Assembly (NCBI RefSeq): GCF_964213995.1 | Contig: NW_027590136.1 | Span: forward strand, 1,116,001 to 1,180,000 | Direction: 5' to 3' | DNA: 64,000 bases | DNA from: Mustelus asterias | Taxonomy: Eukaryota | Shown here: positions 1 through 12,242 of the stretch, one piece after another | Layout of the letters: each line of letters begins with the position of its first letter | Numbering within the stretch: position 1 is the stretch's first letter | Translations under genes and position numbers: made by a program | The notes under the pieces: model-generated | Seen by the model: only the letters and a program-made list of their open reading frames with translations | What the model was told of the DNA's origin: nothing | Databases searched by the model: none

Positions 1-273
1 GCTGCGATGTATTTTCAGGCTGTGTTACTGGTTAAAGCTCTTTCCACAGTCAGTGCACTGGAGTACGCTCACTCGGGTGTGTGTGCATCCTGGAGCTTTT
101 CCAGTCACACTGATGTTTAAAGCGTTCTGAAGCAGAAAGAACAGAGAAACATTTCTCCTTCTAGATTCAAAGGCTGCTAATATTCAGGTCCCGATGAATC
201 GAGTGACTCTGTCAGAAGATGGTGTGTAGTTTGGATTGAGATTTCTGTCTGTAAATACTCCTCTTCTGATGTC
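1..273 (-). other. 5' part of the main exon of a C2H2 zinc-finger gene (ZNF cassette 1), running off the left edge
   Basis: Minus-strand acceptor TTTTGCAG|GAC at 274/273. Exon start and preceding intron (274-600) are homologous to the ZNF cassettes at ~10.9-11.3 kb, 12.8-13.5 kb and 29.5-29.9 kb. The fingers themselves lie outside the window. Confidence 0.65.
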
Positions 274-604
274 CTGCAAAACGAGTTTACAAAAATAATG
301 ACTGTCAGTACAGGATAGAAATTAAGAACTGACAATTTCAGTCGAACATTCTTTCCTCTCTCATTCCCCAAAAGCTGTGAATCTCCATCCCACACACTCT
401 CCCTCCATTCTCACTCTGCTGTATCCAATATTCACCCTCCCAATTCTCCTGAAGGTGCTGATTGACAGATCCATGCTCACTGCCTCCTGTCCTGGACAGA
501 GAGCTGAAAATCTCCATGCAGGCGGCCAGACAGATGTATGTCTGTATGACTTGACTAAAAATGTGTGGAATATACAGACTGGCCTCCCTTCCTTTCCCTT
601 CAGT

Positions 605-2438
605 GGCGAAGGATGGACAAGTCGCCAGGACCCAATGAACTGCACGCTCGGCTTTTAATGGAGGTTGCTGAAGAGATAGTGGACACTTTGGTTGTAATTT
701 TTCGTAGCTCGCTAAATTCTGGGAGGGTATTGAAGATTGGAAAACAGCCAATGTGACTACCTTGTTCAAAAAGGGAGAAAGGCAGAAGGCAGGGTTAATT
801 TAACCTTGTTAATTTAACATCTGTTGTTGGCAAGATACTGGAGTCAATAATGAAAGTGGAAAGAGCTAATCATTTCGGAAAGCTGAAACCTCGTCAAGAT
901 TCTTTTATGAAACATAAATCATGTTTGACAAATTCGCTTGAATTCTTTGAGAATGTAATAGGGGAGAGTAGATTGAGAGCAATCTGTAGATGTAGTGTAT
1001 TTAGATAGGGTGGCACAGTGTTTTTACCACTATTGCATCACAGCACCAGGGACCCGGATTCAATTGCGGCCTTGGGTGCGTCTGTGTGGAGTATGCACAT
1101 TCTCCCTGTGTCTGCGTGGGTTTCCTCCGAGTGCTCCAGGCTCTCCCCAATGATGTGTGGGTTAGGTTGAACGGCCATGCTAAATTGCCCCTTTGTGTCC
1201 CAATAGAAGTGGATTAGGGGGATTAGTGGGGTAAAAATGTGGGGTTATGGGGATAGGGCCTGGGAAAGATGTTCTGTCGGAGAGTCAGTGCAGACTCGAT
1301 GGGCCAAATGGTCTCCTTCTGCACTCTAGGGATTCCATGATTCGATGATTTCCAAAAGGCATTTGACAAGGCGCTGCATAAGAGACTGGCCTATAAAGTA
1401 AAGGTCCATGGAATTGGTGGAAGTGTATTAGATGGATTGAAAACTGGCCGTCACATAGAAAACAGAGAGTTGGAATAAATTAGTCATTTTCAGAGTGGAA
1501 AGATGTAACTAGTGGAGTACCACAGGGATCAGTTCTTGGCTCACAATTGTTCATTATTCAATTAATGACCTGGAGGAAGGAACAGAATGTAAGGTTTCCA
1601 ACTGATACGAAGATAGGCGGAAGGACATGTTGTGATGAGGATATTTTGATTCTGCAATGGGATATAGATAGATTGGGTGACAAAAACCTGGCAAATGGAG
1701 TTTAATGTGGAGAAGTGGGAGGTCATGTATTTCAGTAGGAGAAATCAAAAGGGAGATTATCTACATGGAGCGGCGCTGCAGGTGAGTGAAGTACAGAGGG
1801 ATCTAGATGTTCTTGCACATGAATCACAAAAAGCTAGCAGACAGGTCCCACAGTCGGTAAGAAGAAAAATGGAATTTTGACCTTTATTGCAAAGGGGTTG
1901 GAGTTTAAAAACATGGGGGGTTGTGTTGGTGAGGCCTCACCTGGAATACTGCGTAGTTTCGATCTTCTTACTTAAACAAGGATACAGTAACATTGGATGT
2001 AGTCCAAAGGAGATTCACCAGGCAAATTCCTGGGTGAGAGGGTTGTCCTATCAAGAGAGAATAAATTGTCTAGGTCTGTATTCCTTGAAGCTTTGAAGAC
2101 AAAGAGGTGACTTTATTGAAACATAAGATCCTGACGGGGCTTGACAGGATAGATGGTGAGGTATTTTTACAAGTGCAAAAGTCTCGAACAAGCTAAATGG
2201 TCGGTCATTTAAAACTGAGGTGCACAGAAATTTCTTCCCCCAGAGGGTGGTGAATGTCTGGAATTCTCTCCCCCACAGGTGGAGGCTGGATCACTATAAG
2301 TATTTAAAGTGGAGGTGGATAAATAGTTGATAGATCGAGGAATAGAGGGCTATGGGAAAAGGCTCACAACAGGAGTTGAAGCCGGCATAGATCAGCCATG
2401 AAGGGCCTGGTGGCCGCTCCTGCATCTATTTCTCGTGA
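605..2438 (+). mobile_element. Decayed CR1 LINE (RT region and 3' end) in the ZNF intron
   Basis: DKSPGP, VYLDFQKAFDK and VRPHLEYCV motifs with stops and frameshifts. TCAGT duplicated at 600-604 and 2439-2443. The paralog at ~12765-12785 shows the empty site. Confidence 0.9.
1008..1348 (+). mobile_element. HE1-like tRNA-derived SINE nested in the CR1
   Basis: GGTGGCACAGTG head, GTGTGGAGT.TGCACATTCTCCC core and CR1-like tail; splits the CR1 motif YLD|FQKAFD. Confidence 0.85.
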
Positions 2439-2518
2439 TCAGTTGCTGCAAGTCAACAGTTTCCCCCCAGAATGAAGAAAGAAATGGAAGGGGGGAGAAA
2501 AGAAAGAGTTTTACTCAC

Positions 2519-3061
2519 AGATGTTGGAGAGACAGGAGGAAGTTTGAGTCAATCTTCATTCAGAGAGGTAGCAGCAGCAGCTTCGCCGGGCAGGAATGAG
2601 GTCAACAAGCTCATTTTGCAACTTCCGCATTCAGACAATGGGGGTGCTCTGATTGGCTGGAGGAGCAGAGTGTTTCCGGTCCTCCAGAGTTCCCATTGGT
2701 CAATCCCCCGCAGACAGACAATGAGGGGCGGAGCCCCACGTGGGGGTGGGCGGGACTTTGCCCTCCAGCCGCGCTGAGCTGTTGTCCAATGGGAAAGGCT
2801 GGAAGACCCGGACAGACAATGGTCAGCGCGCCGGCTTTGTCCCGGGCCCCGCCCCACACCCGCACATGCGCATTCCCCCAAAACCCGCACAGGCGTACGT
2901 TTGATTCACCGCCCCTCACAGCTCTGGCCAATGAGAAGAATTGGAGGACCGGAAGGCCTCAGGTCTTCCAGCCAATGAGAGCGTGGGTTTTTGCGTGAAT
3001 GAAGATGGGGCATCAGACAGACTCAAACTTCCTCCTGACTGGGAGTTATCCGCGCCTTGCG
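2519..3061. promoter_or_regulatory. CpG-rich, probably bidirectional promoter with non-coding first exon(s)
   Basis: Several CCAAT boxes, GC boxes (GGGCGG), NRF1-like CGCACATGCGCA and ETS CCGGAAG. Minus-strand donor GTGAGT at ~2518; plus-strand donor GTGAGC at 3062. Confidence 0.7.
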
Positions 3062-3569
3062 GTGAGCTTTTGGAAATGTGGCCGCTGGGAGGAGCGCCTT
3101 GGTCGGCGTGAAGTTTCTGTTTCAAGTGCTTGGGTTTGTGACTTGTGTAAGAACTTTTTGTCTCGGCTGGGGCTTGTTGAATGCTGCTCTCGCTGGGATT
3201 CCTGTGCCTTGAAAGGCGTGGCCCAGGTAGATGCAATCTCGGAAGACCCAAGCCAGGGAGGAGCCATTTGGGAACTATGGTTTCGGAAGGTTCAGCCGCG
3301 GAAGGTGTGACCCCAGACGGTGCAGCCCCAGTGGGTGTGATTTTGGAAGTTCTGGCCCGGAGTGGTGGACTTTGGAGGACTGTAGTTGAGCGTTGTCGAC
3401 TTCGGACGGTGGAATGTTGATGGGCGAAGCTCTGGAAGGCGATGCCTCCGAAATGTTTCACAATTGTATGGTTGTGAATGGATTGTTTGTTATTGTAATA
3501 TGTGGTTTTCCTGTTATGATAGTTGGTGGTTTGTTCCGGCCCCCGTCTATTTTCTTGCGTTATTTGTGG

Positions 3570-6365
3570 CCTGGGGGGCATCCCCCCCTGGATAAAGTCA
3601 CCCCCGGGGGGTGTGACATCCACTTGGGGAAAGTTCTGGGTGGTGAAGCCCCGGATATAGTAACACCAGAGGGATTTTATTCTCCGGGAGAAAAATTGGG
3701 AAGGCAGGCCCGAACTGAGTACCCTGGAGAGACTCTCCCACCGCCCCGGCTGAAATTCCGGAAGGGATTCCGGATTGAGTAGGTTCGGGGTGGTTTCCCC
3801 ATTTCCCCCCTCCGGCTGAACATCCGTAAGGTGTAACCCCCGGATATGAGTACAAGAACAAAGAACAAAGAACAATACAGCACAGGAACAGGCCCTTCGG
3901 CCCTCCAAGCCCGCGCCGCTCCCCGGTCCAGGATTGAATCCTGAATCCAGGATCCCCGCCCAATTTTCCAGCCTATCTACATACCAATATCCTATCCACC
4001 GAGCTGTCCCTCACAGCTACGATGCTTTGTTCATTACAACCTATTAACTTACCCCCACCCCCCCATTCCAGACCATGTGATCTCCAGGGAGAGGCGAAAA
4101 CCCAGAGTGAAAAACCCCAGGGCCAATATGGGGAAAAAAAATCTGGGAAATTCCTCTCCGACCCCCTGAGGCGATCGAAACGAGTCCAGGAGATCACAAT
4201 GGCCCCGATCGGAAAATGCTTCCCAACCCTAGTCATTTCCACTTCCACGAACACCATATGAATTCCCTGCCCCCGAGACAGGTTCCCAACTATCCGCAGT
4301 CTCACTCTGTACTGGCACCAGCAAGATGATCGTAGAATGAAGCCTTGAAACGAGAAACCAGGAACAATTAGCCCGCGCCGCTCCCTGGTCCAAACTAGAC
4401 CACTCTTTTGTATCCCTCCATTCCCACTCCGTTCATATAGCTGTCTAGATAAGTCTTAAATGTTCCCAGTGTGTCCGCCTCCACCACCTTGCCCGGCAAC
4501 ACATTCCAGGCCCCCACGACCCTCTGTGTGAAATATGTCCTTCTGATATCTGTGTTAAACCTCCCCCCCTTCACCTTGAACCTATGACCCCTCGTGAACG
4601 TCACCACCGACCCGGGGAAAAGCTTCCCACCGTTCACCCTATCTATGCCTTTCATAATTTTATACACCTCTATTAAGTCTCCCCTCATCCTCCGTCTTTC
4701 CAAGGAGAACAACCCCAGTTTCCCCAATCTCTCCTCATAACCAAGCCCCTCCATACCAGGCAACATCCTGGTAAACCTCCTCTGTACTCTCTCCAAAGCC
4801 TCCACGTCCTTCTGGTAGTGTGGCGACCAGAACTGGACGCAGTATTCCAAATGCGGCCGAACCAACGTTCTATACATCTGCAACATCAGACCCCAACTTT
4901 TATACTCTATGCCCCGTCCTATAAAGGCAAGCATGCCATATGCCTTCTTCACCACCTTCTCCACCTGTGACGTCACCTTCAAAGATCTGTGGACTTGCAC
5001 ACCCAGGTCCCTCTGCGTCTCTACACCCTTTATGGTTCTTCCATTTATCGTGTAGCTCCTCCCTACATTATTCCCACCAAAATGCATCACTTCGCATTTA
5101 TCAGGATTGAACTCCATCTGCCATTTCCTTGCCCAAATTTCCAGCCTATCTATATCCTTCTGTAGCCTCTGACAATGTTCCTCACTATCTGCAAGTCCTG
5201 CCAGTTTTGTGTCGTCCGCAAACTTACTGATCACCCCAGTTACTCCTTCTTCCAGATCATTTATATAAATCACAAACAGCAGAGGTCCCAATACAGAGCC
5301 CTGCGGTACACCACTAGTCACAGGCCTCCAGCCGGAAAAAGACCCTTCCACTACCACCCTCTGTCTTCTATGACCAAGCCAGTTCTCCACCCATCTAGCC
5401 ACCTCCCCCTTTATCCCATGGGATCCAACCACTGGAGGGTTGCATCCCCCGGCAGGTGGACAAACCCAGGGGACGGTGCCCTTATGCTTCAGTGTTTATT
5501 TTTTGTTGTGTATAGTTGTAGTGTTGTGTTAATGTTTGTAGATTTGTAGATTATGATTTGTAAATGGAGGTGTATTTTGAGGGCAATGCCCTGGAAAATT
5601 GTAATTGATGATGAACCCTTCCGAAATGGAAGGTAGTAATTGATAAATGGATGGTGTTAGCCATCGGTAATGTATTTTTCAGATTTGTTCTTTGTTCATT
5701 TGTAATTGTTTTGTAATATCGTGTTTGTACTAACCAACGGAAAATCTTTGCATTGTTTGTGGCCTGGGGGGTATCCCCCCCCCCCCCCCCCCCCCCTGGA
5801 TAGAGTGACCCCGGGGGGTGTGACATCCAGTTGGGGAAAGTGTCCGGGGCACCCAGAGGGGTAACACCAGGGGGGTTTTGTTCTCCGGGAGAAAAATTGG
5901 GAAGGCAGGCCGAATTGAGTATCCCGGAGAGCTTTTCCCACCGCCCCAGCCGAAAATCCGGAAGGCAGTCCGGATTGAGTAGGTTCGGGGTGGTTTTCCT
6001 GTCCCCCCGCCTCCAGTCGAACATCCGTCAGGTGGAACCCCCGGACCTGAGTACCTCTGGAGGGTTGCATCCCCGGCAGGGGAAAAACCCGGGAGGCGGT
6101 GCCCTGGAGGGCGGCGGATATGCTGCAATGTTTATTCTTGTTGTGTTGTACTAATGTTTGTCACTTTGTAGATTATGATTTGTAATTGGAGGTGTATTGA
6201 GAGGGCAATGCCCTGGAAAACTATGACCGTTAGTGAACCCTTCCGAAATAGAAGATAGTAACTGATAAATGGATGGCGTTAGCCATTGGTAATGTATTTT
6301 TTTTTACATTTGTTCTTTGTGTATTTGTAATTGTTTTGTATTAACGTATTTGTAATAAACAAAAA
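3570..6365 (+). repeat. Unclassified ~620-bp tandem unit, two diverged copies, the first split by a CR1
   Basis: 3570-3852 plus 5429-5750 aligns by eye to 5750-6360; ends in AATAAA(CAAAAAG). Confidence 0.8.
3853..5428 (-). mobile_element. Young 5'-truncated CR1 LINE with long 3' UTR
   Basis: Open 345-aa RT C-terminus ([14 protein letters not shown]) at 4395-5432; (GTTCTTT)n tail at 3853-3875. Confidence 0.95.
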
Positions 6366-6377
6366 GAAACCAGGCAA

Positions 6378-6756
6378 GTGTTCTCTTCCTGTTGGGGAAC
6401 ACTTCAGCAGTCACGGGCATTCGGCCTCTGATCTTTGGGTAAGCGTTCTCCAAGGCGGCCTTCGCGACACACGACAACGCAGAGTCGCTGAGCAGAGACT
6501 GATTGCCAAGTTCCGCACACATGAGGACAGCCTCAACTGGGATCTTGGGTTCATATCACACTATCTGTAACCCCCACGACTTGCCTGGTCTCGCATTCCA
6601 ACCATTATTTTGTAAATTGAGTGTGTTTTCTTTTGCCCTGTTTGTGAACCGAACTCCCACTCACCTGATGAAGGAGCAGCGCTCCGAAAGCTAGTGGCTT
6701 GTGCTACCAAATAAACCTGTTGGACTTTAACCTGGTGTTGTGAGACTTCTTACTGT
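6378..6756 (+). mobile_element. Penelope-like element 3' end (GIY-YIG C-terminus and pseudo-LTR)
   Basis: PVGEHFSSHGHS...RRVAEQRLIAKF...LN.DLGF peptide, followed by a hammerhead core and AATAAA. Confidence 0.85.
6662..6696 (+). ncRNA. Minimal type I hammerhead ribozyme of the Penelope pLTR
   Basis: CAC-CTGATGA-A-GGAGC(AGC)GCTCC-GAAA-GC-TA-GTG: conserved core, perfect stem II, palindromic AGCT at helix III, CAC/GTG stem I. Confidence 0.75.
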
Positions 6757-6821
6757 AACTGAAGCATAATATCTTTACTTCCATGTTCAATTTCTCTCAT
6801 AATAAAGGATAGCTTTCCATT

Positions 6822-7290
6822 TGTAAGAACTTTGATTTATCTGAATGAAGATTTATGGGGGTTCTCTTGTTTGCAATAACCTCCCTAATCGTAAATCACA
6901 CCAGGTTCCAGCGACTTAAACATATGGCAAAAAAGAAAGCTTCAAATGGTGAAATCAGAAAGTTTATTAACCATTAAACATGTAACAAGTTAGAGAGATG
7001 AAAAGCAAAGTGTCGATTAACAGTTATTACAGAAACCTTCACTTTAACAATTGAACAGACTTCTCTCCATCCCTCTCAGACCAGGACATGAAGTGACGGC
7101 TCCGAAAACGTGGATAACTTGTGAAACCAACAGCTCTCGACACCTCTCTGTAAACATCTCTCCCTCCACCTCTCTCTACCAAATTGGCTTCTCAAGATCA
7201 CTTTTTTATACTTTAAAAATGTCAAAAGACCATCTTAGCCAATTCCCATAAATCTTCAATTATAAACTAAAATAGACACGAGTTTCCGGG
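6822..7290 (-). mobile_element. LTR-like repeat (same family as 36.4-37.27 kb)
   Basis: Reverse complement aligns to 36590-37268, with CCAAT, TATAAAA, AATAAA and a terminal CA. Confidence 0.65.
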
Positions 7291-7679
7291 CAATTTAAAA
7301 ACAAATCAACTGTCTGCTGAAAGGGTTAACTTTTCTGCAGAACCTAAAGGGGTGGAGAGTGAGCAGAAATAAACTTGACACTTTACACAAGTTTAAAAAA
7401 CTTCCCTAACAACAAAACAAACTTGATTTTAAACTTCACCCATTAATGTTTTTTGTTATATTCATCAACCTAATTATTTTAATTTGATCAGTTTTTGTTA
7501 GGGATGGGTAACTTCTATTCTTTATAAACTGGTTCACTCATTTTGTTAATTCTACATGGGCTCAGAGAATCAGAACCCAGACTTTATCATCCTTATCCTT
7601 TTTCTCCTTTTGCCACCACTCCCTCTGTTTTGCGGGAGGGTCGTGGGGATTCCAATCAGACCGAATCAAATTATCATAT

Positions 7680-7845
7680 AAGTAAAATACTGCGGATGCT
7701 GGAATCTGAAACGAAAACAGAAAATGCTGGAAAATGTCAGCAGGTCTGGCAGCATCTTTGGAGAGAGAATAGAGCCAATGTTTTGAGTCTGGATGAGCTT
7801 CTTACAAAGTGTCATCCAGAATCGAAGCGTTGGCTCTATTCTCTA
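7680..7845. mobile_element. Penelope-derived fold-back element
   Basis: ACTGCGGATGCTGGAATCTGAAAC...; internal inverted repeat AGAATAGAGCCAA/TTGGCTCTATTCT. Confidence 0.65.
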
Positions 7846-8470
7846 ATCATTTTGTCTCTAAGCTTCTTGTTCTTAGTTTCCAAATGGCAGGTAAGAGACC
7901 TGTCTGGTCCCCACTCAAGCTCTGGTTTTTCACTGGCCATGCTTGGGTAGGATTATAACTGTTAGAATCTACTCTCAGAGGTCTGCTTTTGAGTCCAGTG
8001 CTACTTGGAGTAGACCATCACTTCACCAAATATCTGGTCACAAGTCCCTCACAGTTCTTATCACAAATTGACGATAGGTTAAGCAATGGTTCAGAATGCT
8101 TTTTAACTTCTTAACCAACTACCAAGTACTGTTTGTTGATTGGTCAGACCCCCTTTTTACACATTCAAGAATCTCAGCTGCTGAACACCAGCCGGTCCTG
8201 GAACAAGTTTAATTCTAACTCATTCTGAGTAAATATTCTCACCAGGTCCTCTGTCGGGGCCCTGCTAAGCAGCTTTAATGGTCCGTGATTGCAGAAACTG
8301 AGCAGTCACAGGAATGTGGTCAAGATAGTCCAGTCCCATAATGCCTCACATTCAATCTGCAGTCCTTCAATTATAACAGAATATGTGGCTGTATGTAGCT
8401 GCCTCGGCCGTGGTCAACCCCAACACTGCCTTCTTGAACTGCTACAATGCCTGAGGTGTAAGTACATGTT

Positions 8471-9063
8471 ATACAGCTATATGAACGGAGTGGGAATGGA
8501 GGGATACAAAAGAGTGGTCTAGTTTGGACCAGGGAGCGGCGTGGGCTAATTGTTCTTTGTTTCTCGTTTCAAGGCTTCATTCTATGATCATCTTGCTGGT
8601 GCCAGTACAGAGCGAGACTGCGGATAGTTGGGAACCTGGCTCGGGGGCAGGGAATTCAGATGGTGTTCGTAAAGCAGAAGTGGAAATGAATAGGGTTGGG
8701 AAGCATTTTCTGATCAGGGCCAGTGTGATCTCCTGGACTCGTTTCGATCGCCTCAGGGGGTCGGAGAGGAATTTCCCAGATTTTGTTTTCCCCATATTGG
8801 CCCTGGGGTTTTCACTCTGGGTTTTCGCCTCTCCCTGGAGATCACATGGTCTGGAATGGGGGGGTGGGGGTGAGTTAATAGGTTGTGATGAACAAAGCAT
8901 CGTAGCTGTGAGGGACAGCTCGGTGGATAGGATATTAGGATGTAGATAGGCTGGAAAATTGGGCGGGGATCCTGGTTTCAGGATTCAATCCTGGACCGGG
9001 GAGCGGCGCGGGCTTGGAGGGCCGAAGGGCCTGTTCCTGTGCTGTATTGTTCTTTGTTCTTTG
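8471..9063 (+). mobile_element. CR1 3' UTR fragment, inverted copy of 3853-4443
   Basis: High identity to the reverse complement of 3853-4443; (GTTCTTT)n tail; GTACAT target-site duplication. Confidence 0.9.
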
Positions 9064-9269
9064 TACATCCACAGTGCCATGAGGGAGGGAGACTGTAGGT
9101 GGATACCAGATTGATATATTCCATTCAACCACACCCAAGGTGAGTTATTCCAATTCCTTTATTGTCCAGGACAATATATTCACAATATCTTTAAAACAGA
9201 AATTAGACATTCCCATTTGATTTCAGGTATTAATATATTCTGTTAGTTTGTTCTTTATTGTCGATGTCA

Positions 9270-9555
9270 GGCTGGGGTTGTTCTCCTTGGAGCAAAGGAG
9301 GTTGAGGGGAGATTTGATAGAGGTGGACAAGATTCTGACAGGTTTAGATAAGGTGGACAAAGAAAAGCTGTTCCCATTAGCTGACGGGACAAGGATGAGG
9401 GGGTCACAGATTTATGGTTTCGGGTCAGAGAGGAAGGGGGGATGTGAGGAAGAATATTTTGATGCAGCGAATGGTAATGATCTGGAACTCGCTGCCTACG
9501 AGGGTGGAGGAAGTGGAGACAATAAACAATTACAAAGGAAATTGGATGGGCATTG
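9270..9555 (+). mobile_element. Old CR1 3' fragment (paralogous copy at 32165-32470, minus)
   Basis: LGLFSLEQRRLRGDLIEV peptide. Confidence 0.8.
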
Positions 9556-9820
9556 GGAGGTTTCAGACAGAAATGCTGACTAAATATCTCTGAACCTCCT
9601 AACACTCTGTCACTCTGTGATCCTTGTGAAATTTGAAACCAGGTATTCGCAACAAGACTCAAAGAGCATCAGCCCACTGGAGGCAAAGTTGTGAGACCGG
9701 CCAGTCGAGCAGAAAGAAACCCTCCGACCCTCCCCATTGACCAACTGTGAGAATGAACAAAATGCAGTCCTGGATGTAACTGAGAGCAGAAACAATAACA
9801 GCAGAATCCAACCCTTGGAA

Positions 9821-10579
9821 TCACTCGTGAACTTGTTGGTGTCTCAGCAGCTGGGATGAAAGACTGAATCTCTTCTCACACTGAGAGCAGGTGAACGGCT
9901 TCTCCCCAGTGTGAACTCGCTGGTGTCTCTGCAGGTGGGAGGACCGAGTGAATCCCTTCCCACATTGAGAGCAGGTGAATGGCCTCTCCCCAGTGTGAAC
10001 TCGCTGGTGTCTCCGCAGGGCGGATAAATCAATGAATCCCTTCTCACACTGAGAGCAGGTGAACGGCCTCTCCCCAGTATGGACTCGCTGGTGTGTCTGC
10101 AGGCTGGATAACCGAGTGAATCCCTTCCCACCCTGAGAGCAGGTGAATGGCCTCTCCCCAGTGTGAACTCGCTGGTGTGTCCGCAGGCTGGATGACCGAG
10201 TGAATCCCTCCCCACACTGAGAGCAGGTGAATGGTCTCTCCCCAGTGTGAACTCGCTGGTGTCTCTGCAGGCTGGATAACTGAGTGAATCCCTTCCCACA
10301 CTGAGAGCAGGTGAACGGCCTCTCCCCAGTGTGAACTTGCTGGTGTGTCTGCAGGCTGGATAACCGAGTGAATCCCGTCCCACACTGAGAGCAGGTGAAT
10401 GGTTACTCCCCAGTGTGAACTCGCTGGTGTGTCTGCAGGCTGGATAACTGAGTGAATCCCGCCCCACACTGAGAGCAGGTGAATGGTCTCTCCACCGTGT
10501 GGCTGCGCCGATGAGCTTCCAGTTCAGAGGGGTATTTGTATCTCTTCCCACAGTCTGCACATTTCCATGGTTTCTCCAT
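9821..10579 (-). pseudogene. C2H2 ZNF gene, 9 fingers, premature TAA after finger 2 (ZNF cassette 2)
   Basis: ATG at 10579 (MEKPWKC) to TGA at 9821 is one frame of 84-bp CxxC...[11 protein letters not shown] repeats; in-frame TAA at 10403-10405. Confidence 0.88.
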
Positions 10580-11569
10580 GGTGCAGGTGTTCTTGCCTCT
10601 CTTCAGTTGAAGACTCGTCCACACCCCTGCTGTGAATGGTGTGATATTTATTCAGGCTGTGTAACTGGTTCAAGCTCAGTGCACTGGAACACACTCACTC
10701 CAGTGTGGCAGTGTGTTGGAGCTTTTCCAGTCACACTAATATTTGAAATCTTTTCAAGTCATCAGGCCGGACAACCATTTCTCCTCGATTCAAAGGCCGA
10801 TGATATTCAGCTCCCAAGGAATATGACTCTGTCAGATCTAGATGTGACGTTTGAGATTTCGGCCTGTGATTCCTCTTTCAGTATCCTGTAAAACAAGTTT
10901 ACAGAGATCATCAGTGTCAGTGCAGGATGGAAATTCAGAACACACAATTCTAGTTTCTGTGGAACATTCTTTCCTCTCTCCAGACTCGAAACATTGGCTC
11001 TATTCTCTCTCTATCTGGGGGATAGCGTGGGAAATGATGCTGCGATAGATCAGCCAATTCTCAATGAATGGTTGAGGCAGTTCGATGGGCTGAATGGCCA
11101 ACTGCAGCTCCTGTTTCTTATGATTTGTGTGGTGGACAGGAAGCAGTGAGCATGGATCTGTCAATCAGCCTCAATCAGCACCTTCAGGAGAATTGGGAGG
11201 GTGAATATTAGATACAGCAGAGTGAGAATGGAGGGAGAGTGTGTGGGATGGAGATTCACAGCTTTTGGGGAACGAGAGAGGAACGAATGTTCTTTAGAAT
11301 CATAGAATTCTTACATCTTATCAACCGTCCCTGAGCCTTCACAATGAATCTCTCTTCTCAGGACATTCTTATCTCTGACTTGTCTGTGCTGCTCGCAGTC
11401 TCACAAAGCAGCTGCCTGTGTGCTGATATGAGGGGCCCTGCGAGGCAAGTTTAATGCTCCATGACTGTGTCTTTAATGACTGAATAACTGTAGGAATATG
11501 GTCAAGTCAGCTAAACCACATGATGCTTTATATTTCGGTTAGTAACTGTTGATTTTGTTAACGTAGCAC

Positions 11570-12242
11570 GTCAGAGGATGACCTGGGTCCCGCCCCCTCC
11601 TCCCACCCACTCCCCCCACTGATCAGAGGATGACCTGGGTCCCGCCCCATCCACCCACCCACTCCCCCCACTGATCAGAGGATGACCTGGGTCCCACCCC
11701 CTCCCCCCACCGATCAGAGGATGACCTGGGTCCCGCCCCCTCCTCCCACCAACCCCCCCCCCCGATCAGAGGATGACCTGGGTCCCGCCCCCTCCTCCCA
11801 CCCACTCCCCCCACTGATCAGAGGATGACCTGGGTCCCGCCCCCTCGTCCCACCCACTCCCCCCACTGATCAGAGGATGACCTGGGTCCCGCCCCCTCCA
11901 CCCACCCACTCCCCCCACTGATCAGAGGATGACCTGGGTCCCACCCCCTCCTCCCACCCACTCCCCCCACCGATCAGAGGATGACCTGGGTCCCACCCCC
12001 TCCTCCCACTCACTCCCCCCACCGATCAGAGGATGACCTGGGTCCCGCCCCCTCCTCCCACCCACTGATCAGAGGATGACCTGGGTCCCGCCCCCTCCTC
12101 CCACCCACTCCTCCCACCGATAAGAGGATCACCTGGGTCCCGCCCCCTCCTCCCACCACTCCCCCCCCCCCCCCATCAGAGGATGACCTGGGTCCCGCCC
12201 CCTCCTCCCACCAGCCCCCCTGATCACAGGATGACCTGGGTT
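11570..12242. repeat. 52-bp C-rich/G-rich minisatellite, ~14 units
   Basis: GATCAGAGGATGACCTGGGTCCCGCCCCCTCCTCCCACCCACTCCCCCCACT, with exact 52-bp period from 11764 to 12024 and shorter variant units. Confidence 0.95.

Noticed and set aside
2916-3908. 330-aa minus-strand ORF
   Set aside because: Starts at a non-ATG codon inside a CR1 tail, crosses unrelated repeat and promoter sequence, and has no recognisable domain; likely a chance ORF in GC-rich DNA.
9844-10560. Repetitive 238-aa and 141-aa ORFs (also 29964-30680 and 30139-31026)
   Set aside because: Alternative reading frames of the 84-bp zinc-finger repeats.
11570-12242. CRISPR-like appearance (constant 25-bp motif with variable intervals)
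   Set aside because: The intervals are variants of one C-rich sequence, not unique spacers; eukaryotic context with no cas genes.
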